Part shown: in pieces, positions 19,390-28,808 of the stretch
Layout of the letters: each line of letters begins with the position of its first letter
Numbering within the stretch: the stretch's first letter is position 1
NCBI GenBank assembly: GCA_035490135.1
Contig: DATHGV010000193.1
Location: 5,746 to 69,745, forward strand
Origin: Candidatus Methylomirabilota bacterium
Lineage (GTDB): Bacteria > Acidobacteriota > Terriglobia > Acidiferrales > UBA7541
Direction of reading: 5' to 3'
Length of the DNA: 64,000 nt
Made by a program: the position numbers and the translations under genes
The notes under the pieces: generated by a model
The model's database searches: none
What the model was told of the DNA's origin: nothing
The model's input: the letters and a program-made list of their open reading frames with translations, nothing else

Positions 19390-20877
19390 TTGCTACGTAC
19401 TCCGCCGTATGCACCTAGCAGTCGTATAGCGCTCCTGTTGATGATGGCGATTTTCCTAATGGGGGCAACGCAATCCACCGCCCAGATCCTGCACAAGAAG
19501 AAAAAAGTTGACAAGTCCACTAGCGCGGACAACAACGTCCAGCCGGACAAGGTTTTGTATGACCGCGCCGCGGAAGACATCAAGCACGGCAAGCATGAGG
19601 TTGGACGCCTAAACCTGCAGACCCTTATCAACACTTATCCTGACAGCGAATATTTGGCCAAAGCGAAATTGTTGATTGCTGACTCCTATTATAAAGAGGG
19701 CGGCACGGCCAATATGACGCAGGCCATTTCGGGGTACAAAGATTTCATCGTGTTCTTCCCTTTCCTACCGGAGGCCTCGTACGCGCAACTGCAGGTGGCC
19801 ATGGGTCACTTTAGGCAAATGGAGAAGCCAGACCGGGATCGCACCGAGGCGAAAGAAGCGGAGAGCGAATTCCAGACCTTCCTGCAGAAATATCCGAAGG
19901 ATCCGCTGGCAGATAAAGCGATGCAGCATTTACGCGAAGTGCAAGAGGTGATCGCCGAAGGGGATTATCGGGTGGCCTATTATTACTACGCGAAAGGCGA
20001 CAAGCGCGCAGCAGCGGCGCGGCTGATCGGGGTGACCAACCGTTATCCATTGTATAGCAGATCGGATCACGCACTTTGGATGTTGGCTGACATTTTCGAT
20101 AAAGCGGAGAAGAAAGAGGTTGCAGCTAATTACTATGCACGCATTGTGAAAAATTACCCGCTTTCGAGTGAAGCGCCACAGGCTAAGGCGCGGCTGGTGG
20201 CGATGAAAGTGCCGGTGCCGCAGCCCGATCCTAAAGCTCGTGCGCGGATGATTGCGGAACAGAATGCTCCGCGGCCGCATACCAGTCTGGCAAAGAAACC
20301 TCTTGGGATCCTACATTCCGGGCCGACGGGGGAGATGAAGACTGCTGCGCGGGTGGGCGAGCCGAACCTTGAGCCCGAAGCGGACACCTCCTCGGCAACG
20401 GATGTGCTTACCGGCGGGGGCAACTCGTCGCGCATTGTGGTGGGTGGGAGCGGCGGAGGCGGAACGACGACGGGCGCTACCGGGAATACGACTGGGATCG
20501 TGGCTACGGTAACTCCAGGCGGGCCGAAGACAGATGAGAGTGGCAGCGCGGAAGGTGCTACGCCCGCTGATGCTACTAATGCGCCGGAGAACACCACGCC
20601 AGCAACATCGGGCGCCCCAGCAACCGCGTCGCAGCCGGAATCAAGTTCGGGAATCCCCGGAGAATCGACCTCGGCCGCACCCGCGGCTGCTACCGGCGGA
20701 GATGCCGCGGTGGCGACTGGAAGCGACGCAAGCGGAACGACCACGTCAGGAACAGCGAGCGCAACGGACGCGGGTAAGACTGACGGGGCGCAGACAGACT
20801 CAAGCAATCAAGGCGACAACGGGAAAGAATCGAGCAGCAAGAAGAAAAAAGGTGTGCGCAAACTCGTGCCGTGGTAG
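19390..20877 (+). CDS. bamD: outer membrane protein assembly factor BamD with long low-complexity C-terminal tail
   Basis: TPR repeats, YPDSEY, PDRDRT, FLQKYP, YYY..G...AA..R; start uncertain (TTG 19390 or ATG 19441). Confidence 0.85.
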   Translation: MLRTPPYAPSSRIALLLMMAIFLMGATQSTAQILHKKKKVDKSTSADNNVQPDKVLYDRAAEDIKHGKHEVGRLNLQTLINTYPDSEYLAKAKLLIADSYYKEGGTANMTQAISGYKDFIVFFPFLPEASYAQLQVAMGHFRQMEKPDRDRTEAKEAESEFQTFLQKYPKDPLADKAMQHLREVQEVIAEGDYRVAYYYYAKGDKRAAAARLIGVTNRYPLYSRSDHALWMLADIFDKAEKKEVAANYYARIVKNYPLSSEAPQAKARLVAMKVPVPQPDPKARARMIAEQNAPRPHTSLAKKPLGILHSGPTGEMKTAARVGEPNLEPEADTSSATDVLTGGGNSSRIVVGGSGGGGTTTGATGNTTGIVATVTPGGPKTDESGSAEGATPADATNAPENTTPATSGAPATASQPESSSGIPGESTSAAPAAATGGDAAVATGSDASGTTTSGTASATDAGKTDGAQTDSSNQGDNGKESSSKKKKGVRKLVPW

Positions 20878-20898
20878 GACCTGACATCAGGGGAACGG

Positions 20899-20926
20899 GC
20901 GTGGCCTCTGGCCACGCTTTTTTTTT
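20899..20926 (+). terminator. rho-independent terminator after bamD
   Basis: GCGTGGCC-TCT-GGCCACGC stem followed by nine T. Confidence 0.85.
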
Positions 20927-21107
20927 GCCCTGCGGAGGTTCGCGAGACCCGGCCAATGGTGCAGGTTAGCGCCGTATTCATTTGGGACACAAGGAAACCG
21001 TTGATGCGTTGACGACCACGGTGGAGGATGCTCAAATACCTGAAGAATCGAGCAAAATCCCGGCTGCCGATGCTTGGGGTCTGCATTACATTTCGCGGAG
21101 GACGTGG

Positions 21108-23006
21108 GTGGCCAAGATTCTGGTTGCGGACGACAACAGCAACATCCAGCGGATGGTGGCGCTGGCCCTGAAGGATCAGGGTATTGACGTCGTCGCGGTA
21201 GGCAACGGCGAAGCCGCGGTACGAAAAATTTCCGAGATCCGCCCGGATTTAGTGTTGGCGGATGTATTCATGCCGGTGCGCAACGGCTACGAAGTTTGCC
21301 AGTACGTCAAAGAAGATCCCTCACTGAAACATATTCCGGTAATTCTGCTTGTCGGCGCATTTGATCCTCTTGATGAGCAGGAGGCGCAACGAGTGGGCGC
21401 CGACGGAGTATTGAAAAAGCCATTTGTTCCGCCTGATCCCTTGATCGTCATGGTGAAGTCGGCACTTGAGCGAGCTGGAGTTGCGCTGGGTCAGGCTGAG
21501 GGAGGTAGAGAGAAGAAAACTCCCGCGGCTGCTCCGCGCAAGCCTGCCGATGTTTTGGCATTTGCGCCAGCACCCGTACCTGTGGTCATGCCACAGCCAG
21601 AACAAACGCCTGGTTCTCCGCTGGGAGGGTTGTCATTCAGCCGGACCTCAACGCCCGAACCGATCGTCGTAGGCGATGAGAGTTTTGTGGACGCACCTAC
21701 AGATCGGGAACCAGTGAGGATCGACGCAGCGGAACCGACGATGGCATTCGGGGAGTTGCTGAGACCGACAAGTACCGAGGAAACAGAATTCACTTCGGCC
21801 TATGAAGCCGAGAAGACCAGCAGGGACTGGTCTGAGGTAGACGAACCCAACGAGGTGCCTGAAGAAGAGGAAGAAGGATCGAAAGAAGCAGCACCTTCGT
21901 GGCGGCGCGAGGAGGGACCGAGTACTTCTCAAGCAGAGGAGAAAAGCGGTCCAGTGCAGGATTGGCGGGACCACCCGATATTGCAAGCTACCGAAAGGAA
22001 GAGTGCGCGAGAAACGTGGGAACAAACAGAAGACAAAGGCGGGTTTGTCACGGCAGCTGAAGTACCGGCGGATATGGGCGCGTTTGTTACGGAAATCGGC
22101 ACACTTGAGAGCGAATCGCTGAATGCCAAAGCGGAAGAGACGCACGTAGCTGAAAATCTTGTCGAGGAACACCCTCAAACGGGATATTCAGAACGCACGG
22201 AAGCATTTTCGAGTGATGAGAGCGCGACTGCAGTCGCGGAAGAATCTGAATTTTCGGCCGGACCAGCAAGCGTGCGGTTTGCGAGCCAGGATGAATTCGT
22301 AGGACAGCGGGTTGGGGAGGTCGCGAACGAAGTAATCAGCGAACCATTGCCAGAGATTGCACATCTGGAAGAGGCTGCCCGGCAGCACGAGGTTGCACGA
22401 CAGGAAGAAGCGGCACGACAAGAAGAGATTGCACGACGGGAAGAAGCGGCGCGACAAGAAGAGATTGTTCGACGGGAAGAAGCGGCGCGACAAGAAGAGA
22501 CTGCACGACGGGAAGAAGCGGCACGACAAGAAGAAATTGCGCGACAAGAAGAAATTGTGAGGCGGGCAAGAGTTTCGCGACAGGAGGAGTTTGCGAAGCA
22601 GGAAGAGAAACGGGCTGAGCCTGAGCCGGTCAATAGCTGGTTTTCGAGCCCGGCGAGCCCCTGGGACAGCGAGGCGAAAAGGTCCAATCCCTGGGCGACG
22701 GAATTGGACTCGGAAAAAGCGGCAGGCACCCATGAAGTGGCCTATGATCGGACGCTGACAAGCAGCGGTTCGGATTCGTCGAACGGCGGCAATGCTTCTT
22801 CGGACGAGCTGGCCACAGTGATTTCGGATTTGTCGACTGCAGAAGTGGCTTCGACGCACCCGACGGCAACGCAGGCGGAAGTGGATGCGATGGTGGCCAA
22901 AGTATTGTCAAAACTCAGTCCGGAAGTTATGCAGGCGGTAACTCGAGAACTGTTGAAGCCGGTTATAGCCTTGCTGGTACAAGACGAGCTGAAATCGAAG
23001 AAGTAG
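21108..23006 (+). CDS. response regulator: N-terminal receiver, long disordered acidic linker, short helical C-terminus (RomR-like)
   Basis: GGAGGA RBS then GTG at 21108; ILVADD..PDLVLADVFMP..GYEVC..KKPF; no DNA-binding output domain. Confidence 0.85.
   Translation: MAKILVADDNSNIQRMVALALKDQGIDVVAVGNGEAAVRKISEIRPDLVLADVFMPVRNGYEVCQYVKEDPSLKHIPVILLVGAFDPLDEQEAQRVGADGVLKKPFVPPDPLIVMVKSALERAGVALGQAEGGREKKTPAAAPRKPADVLAFAPAPVPVVMPQPEQTPGSPLGGLSFSRTSTPEPIVVGDESFVDAPTDREPVRIDAAEPTMAFGELLRPTSTEETEFTSAYEAEKTSRDWSEVDEPNEVPEEEEEGSKEAAPSWRREEGPSTSQAEEKSGPVQDWRDHPILQATERKSARETWEQTEDKGGFVTAAEVPADMGAFVTEIGTLESESLNAKAEETHVAENLVEEHPQTGYSERTEAFSSDESATAVAEESEFSAGPASVRFASQDEFVGQRVGEVANEVISEPLPEIAHLEEAARQHEVARQEEAARQEEIARREEAARQEEIVRREEAARQEETARREEAARQEEIARQEEIVRRARVSRQEEFAKQEEKRAEPEPVNSWFSSPASPWDSEAKRSNPWATELDSEKAAGTHEVAYDRTLTSSGSDSSNGGNASSDELATVISDLSTAEVASTHPTATQAEVDAMVAKVLSKLSPEVMQAVTRELLKPVIALLVQDELKSKK
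22368..22565 (+). repeat. in-frame 18/36-bp tandem repeat encoding EEAARQ/EEIARR units
   Basis: About eleven 6-aa units, e.g. GAAGAAGCGGCRCGACAA alternating with GAAGAGAYTGYWCGACGG. Confidence 0.9.
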
Positions 23007-23074
23007 CTCTTCCCCACTGATCTTTCCAAAACATTTTTAGTTCGCATCAGAATTGCCAGCGGCGCGGACGTCCA

Positions 23075-23123
23075 GTGCGACCGGGTGATGCTCTAATCCA
23101 CATTTAGAGCATCACCGTGCGAC
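23075..23123. repeat. perfect 13-bp inverted repeat flanked by 7-bp direct repeats
   Basis: GTGCGAC-CG-GGTGATGCTCTAA-TCCACAT-TTAGAGCATCACC-GTGCGAC. Confidence 0.8.
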
Positions 23124-23132
23124 TGAGCATAA

Positions 23133-23162
23133 TTGACGACGCCGCTTTGTCCCTCGTATAGT
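23133..23162 (+). promoter_or_regulatory. sigma70-type promoter of valS
   Basis: TTGACG-18 nt-TATAGT. Confidence 0.6.
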
Positions 23163-23242
23163 CAAAGATCATTCTCGAAAAGCAGTTGTCGTGGCAGTTG
23201 AATGGCAGATAGTGCCAAGCGTTCGTGGAGAAATTTGCGTTA

Positions 23243-25966
23243 ATGGCTCGCGAAATTCCTAAAGGTTACCAACCGCAAGAAATTGAACCGAAGTGGGCCG
23301 AGTTTTGGGTAACGGAGGCTCTTTTTCGCGCCGATCCGGATGCGCCACCGCCTATCTTTTCCATCGTCATTCCGCCGCCCAATGTGACCGGATCACTGCA
23401 TATCGGACACATGCTGGAGCATACGGAGATAGATATTCTGACGCGTTGGCATCGCATGCGCGGATACAACACATTGTATTTGCCGGGCACTGATCATGCC
23501 GGGATTGCAACGCAGCGGGCAGTGGTGCGCCAACTGGCGGATGTAGGCATAGATTATCGCGCGCTGGGACGCGAAGAGTTCGAGAAGCGGGTATGGAAGT
23601 GGAAGGAGGAAAGCGGCGACACGATTACCGAGCAGATGAAGCAGATTGGAGAGAGCTGCGACTGGTCGAGGGAAAAGTTCACGCTGTCGCCGGAAATGTC
23701 TCGGTTGGTGCGAGAAGCATTTGTGCGCTTGTATGAGGAGAAACTGATTTATCGCGCGCATTACCTGACCAATTGGTGCCCGGTGTGTTTGACGGTTTTG
23801 AGCGATCTGGAAGTGGTGCATGAAGAGCGGCAAGGACATTTGTGGCATGTCAAGTATCCGGTGGCCGATGCAGATGGTGGCGTTTCCGGCGAGCCTGCTG
23901 CGAAATCTGTGGTGGTGGCTACGACGCGGCCGGAAACCATGCTGGGGGATACGGCGGTCGCGGTACATCCCGCAGATGAACGGTATAAAGATTTGATTGG
24001 TAAGAACGTGGCGCTGCCGTTGATGAATCGCTTGATCCCGATTATCGCGGACGAGATGGTAGATCGCGAGTTCGGCACTGGAGCGGTGAAAATAACACCC
24101 GCGCATGATCCCAATGATTTTGAAGTTGGGCAGCGGCATCACCTGGCGGAAATCAATGTAATGACGGACGACGGAAAAATGAATGCCGCAGCGGGCGCTT
24201 ACGCGGGCATGGACCGATTTGAAGCACGGAAAAAGATTGTTGAGGATTTAAAGACTCAGGGATTACTGGAAAAAGTTACCGCGCATGCGCACTCGGTGGG
24301 GTTGTGCGAGCGGAGCAAAACGATCGTGGAGCCGCGGGCGTCGACGCAATGGTTTTGCAAAATGAAACCGCTGGCGGGACCGGCGATTGAGGCTGTAGAA
24401 CAGGGCGAAATTCGCATCGTACCGGACAATCGCCGGGAAGAATATTTTAACTGGATGAGGAATATTCGCGATTGGACGTTGTCACGGCAGCTCTGGTGGG
24501 GACATCGCATTCCGGCATGGTATTGCCAGGACTTCGGGCATGTTACGGTGGCGCGCGAAACGCCCGCAAAGTGCAAAACCTGCGGGTCCGGAAAACTAAA
24601 GCAGGATCCGGACGTACTGGATACCTGGTTTAGCTCAGGACTGTGGCCGTTTTCGACGCTGGGCTGGCCGCGCGAGACGAAAGACTTCAAGACTTACTAC
24701 CCGACGACTTTGCTGATCACCGGATACGACATTTTGTTTTTCTGGGTCGCGCGAATGATTATGCTGGGGATTCACTTTACAGAGCAAGTTCCCTTTCGCG
24801 CCGTGTATTTGCACTCACTAGTGCGCACCGGTAGCGGCGAGAAAATGTCCAAGTCCAAAGGGACGGGACTTGATCCGGTATTGCTGAATAAGCAGTACGG
24901 TACGGACGCCATGCGATTTTGCCTGGCGTCGATGGCCGCGCCCGGAACGGACATTGTGCTGTCGGATGATCGTCTGAGCGGGGCTCGCAATTTTGCCAAC
25001 AAGATATGGAATGCGGCGCGTTTTCTGTTTGTAAACCTGGAAAAGTTTGAGCAGGGTGGCGCCAAGTTAGAAGAATTGGCGAGCCCTGAGATTCGCGCGA
25101 ATGCTCCTTATGCGCTTGAGGGCACCGTCCCACTACGGGATGCCTGGATTTTTGCACGTTTGGCGGCGACTATCGAGCAAATGAATGATGCATTGACGAA
25201 TTACCGGTTTCACGACGGAGCGCAAGGCGTGTACCAGTTTTTCTGGGGCGACTTTTGCGATTGGTACATTGAGTGGGTGAAGCCCGACCTGCAAAGTACT
25301 GATAAGGAGCGCGCGGTTGTAGCGTGGCGCAATTTATTTGCGGCGTTCGAGGCAGCGCTGCGGCTGTTGCACCCATTTATGCCGTTCCTAACGGAGGAAT
25401 TGTGGCACCAATTTCCGCAGAGAGCGGGAGCGAAATCGATAGCGCTGGAACGTTTTCCCGAAGTGCAGGACGGTTGGCGCAATGATGCCGCGCTGGAAGA
25501 ATTTGGACTGCTGCAGGAAATCATAACGGCGGTGCGCAATATTCGCGCGGAAGTGAAGCTTGACCCTAAGAAAAAAGTAGCCGCGGAGCTTGCGGTGGCG
25601 CATGAAGCGGCGCGGGCGTCGGTAGAATCGAATCGTGATGGCATTGTACGGTTAGGGATGCTGACGGATTTGAAGATCACTGAAGGGGGGCTGGCGCAGG
25701 GCGGCAGCGTAATGCGCTCGAGCGCGAAATTTGACTTGCGCATTGAGTATGCCGAAACCGTGGACGCCGCCGCGGAGTGCGCCAAAATCACCAAAGAACT
25801 GGAAGGGCTGCGAAAAGCCATTGGATCGAAGGAACGACAACTCGACGATGAAACATTTCGCAGTCGCGCGCCGGAGAAGATCATTCGAGGATTAGAAGCG
25901 ACACTCGCGACACAGCGGATTGAAATGCAAAAACTGACAGAGCGTTTTGAGCAGTTAGATTGTTAG
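23243..25966 (+). CDS. valS: valine--tRNA ligase
   Basis: PPPNVTGSLHIGH, GTDHAGIATQ, ATTRPET, SRQLWWGH, KMSKS, C-terminal coiled coil. Confidence 0.98.
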   Translation: MAREIPKGYQPQEIEPKWAEFWVTEALFRADPDAPPPIFSIVIPPPNVTGSLHIGHMLEHTEIDILTRWHRMRGYNTLYLPGTDHAGIATQRAVVRQLADVGIDYRALGREEFEKRVWKWKEESGDTITEQMKQIGESCDWSREKFTLSPEMSRLVREAFVRLYEEKLIYRAHYLTNWCPVCLTVLSDLEVVHEERQGHLWHVKYPVADADGGVSGEPAAKSVVVATTRPETMLGDTAVAVHPADERYKDLIGKNVALPLMNRLIPIIADEMVDREFGTGAVKITPAHDPNDFEVGQRHHLAEINVMTDDGKMNAAAGAYAGMDRFEARKKIVEDLKTQGLLEKVTAHAHSVGLCERSKTIVEPRASTQWFCKMKPLAGPAIEAVEQGEIRIVPDNRREEYFNWMRNIRDWTLSRQLWWGHRIPAWYCQDFGHVTVARETPAKCKTCGSGKLKQDPDVLDTWFSSGLWPFSTLGWPRETKDFKTYYPTTLLITGYDILFFWVARMIMLGIHFTEQVPFRAVYLHSLVRTGSGEKMSKSKGTGLDPVLLNKQYGTDAMRFCLASMAAPGTDIVLSDDRLSGARNFANKIWNAARFLFVNLEKFEQGGAKLEELASPEIRANAPYALEGTVPLRDAWIFARLAATIEQMNDALTNYRFHDGAQGVYQFFWGDFCDWYIEWVKPDLQSTDKERAVVAWRNLFAAFEAALRLLHPFMPFLTEELWHQFPQRAGAKSIALERFPEVQDGWRNDAALEEFGLLQEIITAVRNIRAEVKLDPKKKVAAELAVAHEAARASVESNRDGIVRLGMLTDLKITEGGLAQGGSVMRSSAKFDLRIEYAETVDAAAECAKITKELEGLRKAIGSKERQLDDETFRSRAPEKIIRGLEATLATQRIEMQKLTERFEQLDC

Positions 25967-26020
25967 TTGAAAATGGGACGCAGCAAGCCTCGCGCATTCG
26001 TTTAAGTCAGGACATTCCAA

Positions 26021-27040
26021 ATGGCAGTCCGCGTTAAGCCTTCTCGAAATATTGCCGGGAGCACGGAGCGGCAGGTGGCTGCGCTGCTGACGTTGCTGGC
26101 GGAAAACGGAACGATCGTTATCAGTGGAGCGAGGATCGCGCGGGAAATCGGAGTATCGCGCTCGACGGTGTTCCGATGGGTGACGCGGTTGAGGGAACTT
26201 GGTGTAAAGGTAAAAGGGCGCGCAGCCACTGGATATTTTCTGGAGCAAGTGCCTGACATTTTGACCGCGGACATGCTGCGACAGAGATTGCGGGGCAGTT
26301 TATTTGGAAAGCGGATTTATCATTTTTTCAAGACGGATTCGACCAATCGCGTGGCCTTGGAGCTCGGCCACGCCGGTGAGGCGGAAGGTGCCGTGGTGCT
26401 CGCGGAAGAGCAAGCGGCCGGACGAGGCCGCGCGGGGCACACCTGGCATTCCGAGCGTGCCACGGGAATTTACGCGACACTTCTGTTGCGGCCGCGGCTG
26501 GCGCCGGTGCAAGCTCCGCTGCTAACCATGATGGCAGGGTTGTCGGCGCACGCTGCGGTGCAAGCAGTGACGGGCCTAAATGTAGATTTGAAATGGCCCA
26601 ACGACTTGCTTATCAACGGAAAAAAGGTGGGCGGAATTTTGACGGAGATGCATGCGGAACCCGCGCTGGTGCGATTTGTGATTATGGGAATCGGGATCAA
26701 CGTGAACCAGGAGAAATTTCCCGCGGATCTGGCTGGCAAAAGCACTTCGTTGCGGATAGAGACTGGGCGAGCGCAGTCGCGGCTGGAAGTGCTGGTGCAA
26801 TTCCTGCGACAATTTGAGCGCGATTACCAGGAGTTGCTACGCGAGGGAGCAAAGAGCGTTGTGAAACGGTTCGAAGCGACGTCGAGCTATGCGCGCGGGA
26901 AGCGGGTAAGAGTAACGAATGGCAGAGAAAGCTTCACAGGGGTAACTGCGGGATTAGAAGAAGAGGGTTTGCTACGGGTGAAGCGCGACACGGGCGAGAC
27001 AACGACGGTGATTGCCGGTGAGGTCGCGGAGATTCGGTAA
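26021..27040 (+). CDS. birA: biotin--protein ligase / repressor BirA
   Basis: N-terminal HTH (SGARIAREIGVSRSTV), DSTN, GRGR, KWPND, KVGGIL. Confidence 0.95.
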   Translation: MAVRVKPSRNIAGSTERQVAALLTLLAENGTIVISGARIAREIGVSRSTVFRWVTRLRELGVKVKGRAATGYFLEQVPDILTADMLRQRLRGSLFGKRIYHFFKTDSTNRVALELGHAGEAEGAVVLAEEQAAGRGRAGHTWHSERATGIYATLLLRPRLAPVQAPLLTMMAGLSAHAAVQAVTGLNVDLKWPNDLLINGKKVGGILTEMHAEPALVRFVIMGIGINVNQEKFPADLAGKSTSLRIETGRAQSRLEVLVQFLRQFERDYQELLREGAKSVVKRFEATSSYARGKRVRVTNGRESFTGVTAGLEEEGLLRVKRDTGETTTVIAGEVAEIR

Positions 27041-27067
27041 ACTGAAGATGCGGATAAACGGGAAAAT

Positions 27068-27901
27068 ATGCTCCTGACCATCGATGTTGGAAATACGAAT
27101 ACGGTTCTGGGCGTGTTTCGCGACACGGAGCTGGTCGCCAACTGGCGGCTGAGTACGGCGCGGGAACAAACGGTCGATGAATATGGAGTATTGACGAGGA
27201 ATTTATTCACGTTGGCGGGCTTGGATCAGGACGCGATTACCGGGGTGATGATCAGCTCGGTGGTACCGCCGGTGAATTGGACACTCAGCGAAATGGCGCG
27301 GATTTATTTAGCGAAAAGGGCGCTATTCGTGGAGCCCGGTGTAAAAACGGGGATGGCAGTGCTGGTTGATAATCCGCTGGAAGTGGGGGCCGACAGAATT
27401 GTGAATGGGGTGGCGGCATTTCATGAGTACGGCCCGTGTATCGTGGTGGATTTTGGGACGGCCATTACTTTTGATGTGATTTCGGAGCGTGGTGAATATC
27501 TTGGCGGGTCAATTGCCCCGGGCATCGGAATTTCCTCGGAAGCGTTATTTGCGCGAGCGGCGAGACTTTCGCGCGTGGAAATCAAAGATCCGGGAAAGGT
27601 CATCGGAACAAATACGGTAAGCCACATGCAATCCGGGCTGTATTACGGATTTGTGGACCTGGTGGACGGTATGCTGAAACGCATGAAGGATGAGCTTGGG
27701 AACGAAGTCACGGTGGTGGCCACGGGTGGACACGCAAAACTGGTTGCGCGGGGTTCCAAGCATATTCAGCACACCGACGAATTCTTGACGCTGAAGGGTC
27801 TGCGGCTAATCTGGGAAAAGAATCAAACCGCAGATTCAAGCAAGGCGGGACGGCTTCGTGAAGCAAGGTCTGGTGTCGCAGATAAGAAAGCCCCGCGATA
27901 A
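27068..27901 (+). CDS. coaX: type III pantothenate kinase
   Basis: IDVGNTN, SSVVP, GADR, VDFGTA, ATGG. Confidence 0.95.
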   Translation: MLLTIDVGNTNTVLGVFRDTELVANWRLSTAREQTVDEYGVLTRNLFTLAGLDQDAITGVMISSVVPPVNWTLSEMARIYLAKRALFVEPGVKTGMAVLVDNPLEVGADRIVNGVAAFHEYGPCIVVDFGTAITFDVISERGEYLGGSIAPGIGISSEALFARAARLSRVEIKDPGKVIGTNTVSHMQSGLYYGFVDLVDGMLKRMKDELGNEVTVVATGGHAKLVARGSKHIQHTDEFLTLKGLRLIWEKNQTADSSKAGRLREARSGVADKKAPR

Positions 27902-27946
27902 TAACGGCCAAGTTTAAGAGCTGGCCGGCTACGTATTTGTCATCAC

Positions 27947-28678
27947 ATGGACAGCTGGAACTACTTCAACTACTTCACGGAAATCGAAGAATATTTTTGG
28001 AAAAAGCGTGGCGCGCATCTTCTGGTGTCGCCGCTGGACTGGGCGATTATGGAGACCTGGCAGAAGGCAGGGATTCCATTGGACGCGGCTTTGAAAGGAA
28101 TTGATCGCGCGTTCGAGAGTTATCAAAGGTCGAGGCGCGGCGGGTTGGGCAAGCCGCTGAAGAGTCTGGCTTACTGCACGGACGCGGTGCTGGAAGCGGC
28201 GGAGGAACAGCAAGAGGCGGCGGCAGGAAGTGCGCCCAAGGCCGCGCGTGTTGCGCCAAAGGAGATATTTTCTCGCGAGGAGCTTAAGGCTTATTTCGCT
28301 CGAAACGTGGACGGGATTAGAGCTGCGGCGGAAAAGCTAGCGGCAAGTCAGGCGGGACTTGAATTCAGTTCGCGTTTACTGGAAATCGCAAAATCGCTGG
28401 AATCCAGTATGGTGCTGCTCGATACACCCGGGTCGGTCGATCTGGAAGATATGGAGCGTCGATTGACAATTCTGGACGACAAGCAACAAGCGCTGATGGC
28501 TAGTTATGTCAGTGAAGAACGGATACTGCAAATCAGGCGCGAGATGGACGGGCAATTGGTGGCTTACCGTAAGAAAATGAAGGCGGAACAACTGGCGCTG
28601 GTGGAAAAACAATATATACAAAAACGATTGTTGGAGGAGATTGGATTACCGAGGTTGAGTCTTTTTTATTTGGCGTGA
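27947..28678 (+). CDS. hypothetical protein with DnaD-like N-terminal pattern
   Basis: IEEYFWKKRG..LVSPLDW..METW...GIP..A..GID.AF...KSLAY pattern followed by helical region. Confidence 0.7.
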   Translation: MDSWNYFNYFTEIEEYFWKKRGAHLLVSPLDWAIMETWQKAGIPLDAALKGIDRAFESYQRSRRGGLGKPLKSLAYCTDAVLEAAEEQQEAAAGSAPKAARVAPKEIFSREELKAYFARNVDGIRAAAEKLAASQAGLEFSSRLLEIAKSLESSMVLLDTPGSVDLEDMERRLTILDDKQQALMASYVSEERILQIRREMDGQLVAYRKKMKAEQLALVEKQYIQKRLLEEIGLPRLSLFYLA

Positions 28679-28808
28679 ATTAATAACGACGCTGGACAAA
28701 ATGAACTAGGGTTATCCGGAACAAACCAAGACCAACCCTAATAATCGAGGCCACGGGCAGCCTTCGCGTTTTTGTGATGTGCGAGCGACGGCGACTTGCG
28801 CCGCCTCG

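Noticed and set aside
22368-22565. Regular repeats as a CRISPR array
   Set aside because: The units are contiguous, in frame and have no unique spacers, and no cas genes are present.
23007-23242. T-box leader upstream of valS
   Set aside because: No T-box GGTGGNACCGCG motif or terminator, and the leader after the predicted promoter is too short.
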